Positions 58,300 to 64,000 of a stretch of 64,000 nt of DNA are shown here, in pieces. The stretch comes from Chlorokybus atmophyticus (Eukaryota; Plantae; Mesostigma and Chlorokybus algae), in contig RHPI01003488.1 of NCBI GenBank assembly GCA_009103225.1, positions 248,001-312,000 on the forward strand, in the 5' to 3' direction. The notes under the pieces were generated by a model. It did not search any database. It had not been told where the DNA came from and saw only the letters and a program-made list of their open reading frames with translations. A program made the position numbers and the translations under genes. Position 1 is the stretch's first letter. Each line of letters opens with the position of its first letter.

Positions 58300-61200
58300 T
58301 CATCATGCGCTTGCGACTCACCTACATTGTGCTTGTCTTGGTGCCATTTGTCATACTCACACGGGGCATCCAAAGGAGTGCCACACAACAGGTGCGAGGT
58401 GCATGCGCCTATGTCAACTTCACATCTGCGCATGTCTGCGCATATATGACAGATGCACCAAGCACACGCACCTGAACATGTACTACTACATGCAGGTGCC
58501 CATGCATACGTGTACCACCTTACACGCGAGGTCAGGCACATGCATGCACATGTACGCAACCAGATACATGCGTGCACAGTTGCCTACGCATACACTTGCA
58601 CATGCGCGCACACACACGCACGCATACACATGTGTGCGAACACACAGGCACGCACAGCATACATGACACCAACGCCTGCGCTTGTGATCTCAAGCGTGAT
58701 TATTGACGCTGCCAGTGGCTGGCGTTTAGTCGATGCCACTTGCAAGGTGGCTCGCGTGTTGACGCCGGCCCTTGTGCCAACTCGCATATTACACCATGTA
58801 AGTGAGCAGTGTGCGAGACCAGCTGCTGGCAGGCGTTGCACCGTGGCAAAGCGTGCACGCCCAGTCACACAAGTGGTCTGTGTTACGCACTGACCAGTAG
58901 TCGTAGTAGTGGGATGCTCTGCTGCTCTTCTTTGCCATCAAGCTTCGGCATCTGTGCTGTTGCGCACAAGCACATTGCCAATCTGGTAGTTGCCACTGTC
59001 GTTGTGTGCGTTGTTGTGTGTCGTCAATGTCTGGTCCAAAAGTGTTGTACTGTTGTATCATCATCTTGACGTCGCCATTCCCGTTCTGGAGTACTCGTGT
59101 CGCATCACAAGTGTTGCGCAAAAGACCCTTCGGTGCAACAGGTGCAGAACAGCATGCTTGCGGAGGTTGTCAGCGCAGTTGCGTGTGTGTCATGCGGACC
59201 AACCATCGTCTGTCCCGTAGGGTACAAGAGTTGGGGTCCCCAAGGATACAGAATCTTTCTGACACGTAGGTTGTGTTGCTGTGGGCCTCAACAATGGCGC
59301 TTGGAACTGACTGAGGGCCCGCCCTAAGCCCCCTTCAAGGCCTTGATACTATACTATCGTCGTCTTCTGGCTGTTCTCGCAGGCACAGACGCAACTGTGT
59401 GTACTTACAACAACAACTGAGTTGTATCCACTCGATGCGATGTCGTGATGTTTGTAGCATAGCACTGACTCTTTTATGACAGGTGCGGCCATTCACATCC
59501 CAGCGCGTTCGTGTGCAGCTCCAAGTGCGCGTGATTTGCATAGCAACAACATACCCCCTGCGAACACTCCCCCCCCCACAGGCGCAAGCTGTTGTTGCGT
59601 ACACAGTTGTGTAAAAGAAATGTTGTGTTGCAGGAAAAAATCGCTCAAAAGAATCGCTCCACCACTAAGCGCAGGCTTGAACAGGTGAGATGATGAGAGT
59701 AACAACACACGCGCGCAAGCAATGCCGGCAGATGCTTTGTTTGTTGCAAACGCAGTCACACCTTACCAACAACCTGTGCAACCAATGGGTATAGTGTACT
59801 ACCATTTGAGCTTGCAACAACATTTCCAAACAGGAACATTGCAGTGCGCTTGAGCGTGGTGAGAGATGGACGAACCCGAAGCGATTGTGTGTTCGCCAGC
59901 CAGCGCTTGTGAGGTTGGCTTCAAGGATTGGCTAATCTCTCTTACCTCTGCCTTCATTAGAATGCGACGGCAAGGTGAGTCGCTTCTAAGCAGCGTGCAT
60001 GTGAAAGGAGAGAGATTGCTGTCAGCCAGCAATCTTCGCTTGAATATCTACATGGCAGGGGTGGCATTGGGCGAGACAACTATACAGCAGGGGTGTCTGA
60101 CCAGCAGGCAATATCGTGCAGGTTGCTTGGTATCGGTATAGTCTTCATGCATGCGTAGTATAGATGAGGTAGGTACTGAAGCCCAGCCGCTCAAGCGCGA
60201 GTGCATGCTTCTTCTTTAGGCCGTCACGGAGTTAATAAGAACCGAGCCGTGGGCGGTGGTTTGACCGCGTGCATTCAGGCTGTTAATTCGCCTGGCAGCG
60301 GCTGGCTGAGCAGGTAACCTTTGTGACGAACGATGTGCATTGCAGGGCTTCTAGACTGCGTTTATGAACAGCTTGAACAGAACATCCGAGGGCAGTTGCG
60401 GTCACACAGGGCATAGCTTGGGAGCTGCAGAGATGCAACGTTGTGCGCATATGACTTGACGCGCCGCACCATGCAATCGTAGCCCTCAGAGGTTGCTGCT
60501 TGTTTCCAACGAATGAACAACAATGTTGGCAGTCGTCGTCTATACCTTTGGCAACCCAGCATTCGTGCGCGGGTGCAGCAAGTTGCTGCTTTGACATTCT
60601 CGGATTGTGCATGCCCTCGACGAGGTGCATGTTTCATGCGTGTGGCATCAGACAGCACATCCACGCATCCTACAGCAAAAGTCTGCTGGGCATCACCACA
60701 CAGCTGCGGAACAATGTATCATGCGCAGCTCGGTATAATCAAAGCAACTGTGATGTTGCAGGTAACATACGCGCCATGGCGATTGTTCGGGCTCAGAGCA
60801 CGTGGACTACTTGCTTAGTGCTGTTGGAGAGATTCCATAACCTGATGTTGTGATACATGATGGGCACGTGCGCTGAGGCATTGAAAGCGTGGAAGCAGCC
60901 ATTGCGTACCCAAATGATAAACGGGGACATTCACAAGGCGCAGTTGGAACACTTTGGTGTAAAGAGTTTGATCCGGAAAAAAAAGGAGCGATGACGCTGA
61001 TGACTGGGTTTGGGCGATTTCCACGAAGAGTGGTGGTGGATCCCGATTCTCGGCAACGAATCAAGCAGCAACCAAACTTCACCGAGCTGAGGATAAGTGT
61101 TTGTGTAAAAGCTAGCTATCAGCAATTGCTTGCTAGCAGAGAGGGAACCCAGTACATGTCGAGCCGTTGGTTTGCTTTCACAGTGCGGTGGAACAGTTAC

Positions 61201-62100
61201 CGCCCGCATTGTAGTGTGTAGAGAGTTGGCAGGTGTATGTTATACTGAGAGAGAGCACATGTTGATAGTATCAGCACACGTGCTATATCAAGCACATCAT
61301 CGTATCCCCCATCAGGCACCTCACCCATCTTGCACCACCTCCCTGCTCAGCCGCATGATGTGCACAGCAACTGAGCAGCAGCAACACTGTCCGAACCGGT
61401 CATCCCCTCCACAGCAGTTATGTTGGTGGAGGAGGACAAGCGTTCATGTGGCCGATGCATGCAGGTACCGCACTTGACTTAGCGCAGCAGCCATGCGCCT
61501 CGCTGCCAGTGAGTCGTAGTGTTGGTGACAAGTAGCTGGTAGAGCGGGCGTGGTGGCTAGCTGAAGTTGACGACGCAAAGCGCCTCTCTGGCGCCTTACC
61601 AGAGTCCACTCGAGTGCGCTGCAGGCAGGTGTTCGTTGGTAGAACTTGATTGTGCTGCGTGCTTCTGGATGATGCACGCACGCACGCACGCAGGACATAG
61701 GCTTCTTCTTGCTGTTGCTCAGTGTCTTGCTCAGTTGCCTTGCTATGTCATGGGCGCCCAGGCGGCGGCCTGGAGCACAGAGATGTCGTTGTGGCTGTGG
61801 CTTGAGGACATTAACCAGGGAGGGACTTGAGGACATCTGCGGGGCTGACGCGGGGCGACGCACAAGGTTATCCGCAGAGGTTGGTACAAGCAGGTTCACG
61901 GCACCAGTGCGGTGTCAATGTGGTACAATAGGCAGGTCTCCCATCTCTCGCGGTTTCAAGCTCACCACATTGCTCTGATCAGTGCAGCCGCAGCTGTGAA
62001 GACTCCTTCCTGCTCCTTCTCGGCGCCGACCCTAGTGATGAGCAGACACGTGCGCACACACGCACACGACACATCCACACATACCTTCCAGTGCCCGGAC
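58300..62100 (+). other. Probable additional multi-exon gene, not resolved
   Basis: Several AG/GT-bounded open segments on the + strand (e.g. ~59633-59685 EKIAQKNRSTTKRRLEQ, ~61540-61628, ~61693-61879). No full chain or family could be established, and the strand is not certain. Confidence 0.3.
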
Positions 62101-63052
62101 TAGGGTGGTGAGAAGGAGTGGAGTTCGCATGCAGTGTATGCAGAGGGCGCTTGGAGAGCGCGCAGCAGGTTGAGAGACAGGAGCAAACTTGATGATGGCG
62201 GTGCTCAACCATGCGCAGACTGCAACACACAAAGACAACAGGTAAAAAGAGTGGCGCTATCAACCGCGCATCACACTCATGCTCGTTTAGTCACCTGATG
62301 GACACGCAGCTGCTGTTGGGAAAGCCTCAGTCGCTTTCGCATTGACTCGGGACTCTGGATCAGTCAGCTGAGAGTGCTGCACAATGTCATGTTAACGATA
62401 CATCATGCGTTCCTACCATATAAAGCAGAGCGTCTACTGTTTGTATATCCGTATCACATTCACGCGACGACCCTGTCAGCGCAGTGCAATAGGGTGTCTC
62501 ATTGTTGGTACTCCAGCAATGTGGACACTCTTGTGGACTCACCTGCTACCGACATGCACTGCACGGCGGCAGCCTGTCACCCTCTCACCCTCACACGTCA
62601 TCTTGAACTAATCTTTCTTACATATAGCTTTCTCTAATCCTGCTCATCGCAATTGCCTTCATCAGTCCCACTCCCATGGTGGGTAGGCTGGTGTGGTTGT
62701 GCATGCGCATGGTGTTGGTCAAGGCGAGGAGGGCATGGCATTGCCAACTTTGACGGTCACAGTCCTCCATGTTCGATACAATTGTCATGGATAGTGTGTA
62801 GCCTTGTTGGTACTGCGCGTGCGTGCGTTTGTGCATGTGCGTATGTGTGATAGAGAATAATTCTGAAGTGCTGAGAGACAGGTCGAGTCACAGCATTGCA
62901 TTTGGTTATGCTGATATATCACAAGCAGCAGCCATCCCGTGTCAGGCAGGCAGGGCGATCAGGTGAAGCCGCGGTGTATCAATTGATGAACAAAGCAGAT
63001 GAAGCTGCCTGTATTACAACAGGTGTGGTATCACCCCACACACCAATCACTG

Positions 63053-63853
63053 CTACCTGCCAAACACAACAGGTCTCTTGACGGGAGACCCCACGCCGTG
63101 CATTCCAGTTGTTTTTTCTCCTGCTTTGAGGCGTGACGGCTTTGCGATGATGTCTCTGCACTTGGGGATGTGCCTCTCCTGCAACAAGCACAACATCAAC
63201 TAGTTAATTACAAGCGTTCTCTGTGACTGTTGCAGGCAATGTGTTGTTCAGCGTGAGCACTTACAGCAGCCTGTTTGCTGTATCGCCGTCCACAACATGG
63301 GCATTGAATCAGGCTGGGGTCAATTGTGGGCGGTGCTCGCGGTATGTCTCGTATATTCACTCCCGCTGCCACCTTCGAACAAACACTGCATCAGCAACAC
63401 ACTTCAAGCAGATGTATGAATGTTGCTCATCACAGGTACCTGCTGTGTAACCTTGCGAGCGTTGCGAATGGCTGATCTGAACGCTTCGCTCTGAGCCTTC
63501 CACTCAGCCTTTTGACTGCCCGGAAGCGGCGCGGCATCGTACGACACAGGCTTGTTGATAGTGTTCGCCTTTGTCTTGGGACCACCTTGGCTTGGCTGTG
63601 AAGTCACCGTGCAATCGCAAGTCAGTCACTCGAAACCGAACTCCCGACACACCCACACCCACACCCACACCCACGCACGCGCGCGCGCGCGCTTACTCGC
63701 ACCCGCACCCGCACTCGCACTCGCACTCACACAAGCACACGTGGGTGAGTGTGCACTCAAAGCGACAACAAGGACCTTCTGATACTTGGCTGCTTCTGTT
63801 CCCTGCACGCGTGCTGCTGTGGAGTTGAACTTCTTCCGTTTGCTCTGGAAAAC
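63053..63853 (-). CDS. C2HC zinc-finger protein (ZC2HC1/FAM164-like), 3' part; 5' exons lie beyond the window
   Basis: Exons 63853-63776, 63595-63440, 63372-63265 and 63178-63053 are phase-consistent. VFQSKRKKFNS, EWKAQSEAFRSAIRNAR and DPSLIQCPCCGRRYSKQAAERHIPKC. Confidence 0.85.
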
Positions 63854-64000
63854 CTGGCAATACATCACACGAGTCAGAAGGCTACAGACACACTTTTTGA
63901 GTGACGTGTTGTCGCACCATATCATGTAAGCTTGGTGTTGCTGAGTCAACCACTCTGAAATGCCAGCATATAATTGCACGCAGTCAAGTACAATGGCCAA

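Noticed and set aside
1-64000. tRNA, rRNA, snRNA genes and telomeric arrays
   Set aside because: No cloverleaf with A/B boxes, rRNA signature or TTTAGGG array was seen by eye; tRNAscan-SE or Infernal would be decisive.

Overview
Eukaryotic nuclear DNA (spliceosomal introns, standard genetic code) from a green-lineage alga, possibly a streptophyte alga; the lineage is inferred from plant-like gene matches and not verified. There are two domains. (1) 1-~40 kb is a nested retrotransposon graveyard. It holds two tyrosine-recombinase (DIRS-order) elements plus the 5' end of a third; one is a near-complete PAT-like element with RT-RNaseH-methyltransferase-YR domains and split direct repeats. It also holds a young, full-length Ty1/Copia element inserted inside a solo LTR, three gag-only non-autonomous Copia derivatives, a degenerate Ty3/Gypsy chromovirus with a 5-bp TSD, and decayed copies of genes from the right half. 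(2) ~40-64 kb is gene-dense. It contains a broken secreted-protein gene (EGF + PAN), a conserved membrane protein, a nucleus-encoded plastid-type SepF, CHIP U-box ligase, LPAAT, GH51 alpha-L-arabinofuranosidase and a C2HC zinc-finger gene. I reconstructed the exon chains by hand and checked their phases. Most notable: (a) an intron-containing, transit-peptide-bearing homologue of the cyanobacterial divisome protein SepF behind E2F/CHR-like promoter motifs; (b) a sharp C-to-G synonymous-codon switch in the middle of the two longest arabinofuranosidase exons; (c) an unusually high share of GC-AG introns; (d) highly structured, partly covarying termini of the PAT-like elements; (e) a possible dead Dam-like domain in the chromovirus. 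No rRNA, tRNA or CRISPR array was seen. There is one assembly gap (N at 31560). All family assignments come from motif recognition, not database searches.
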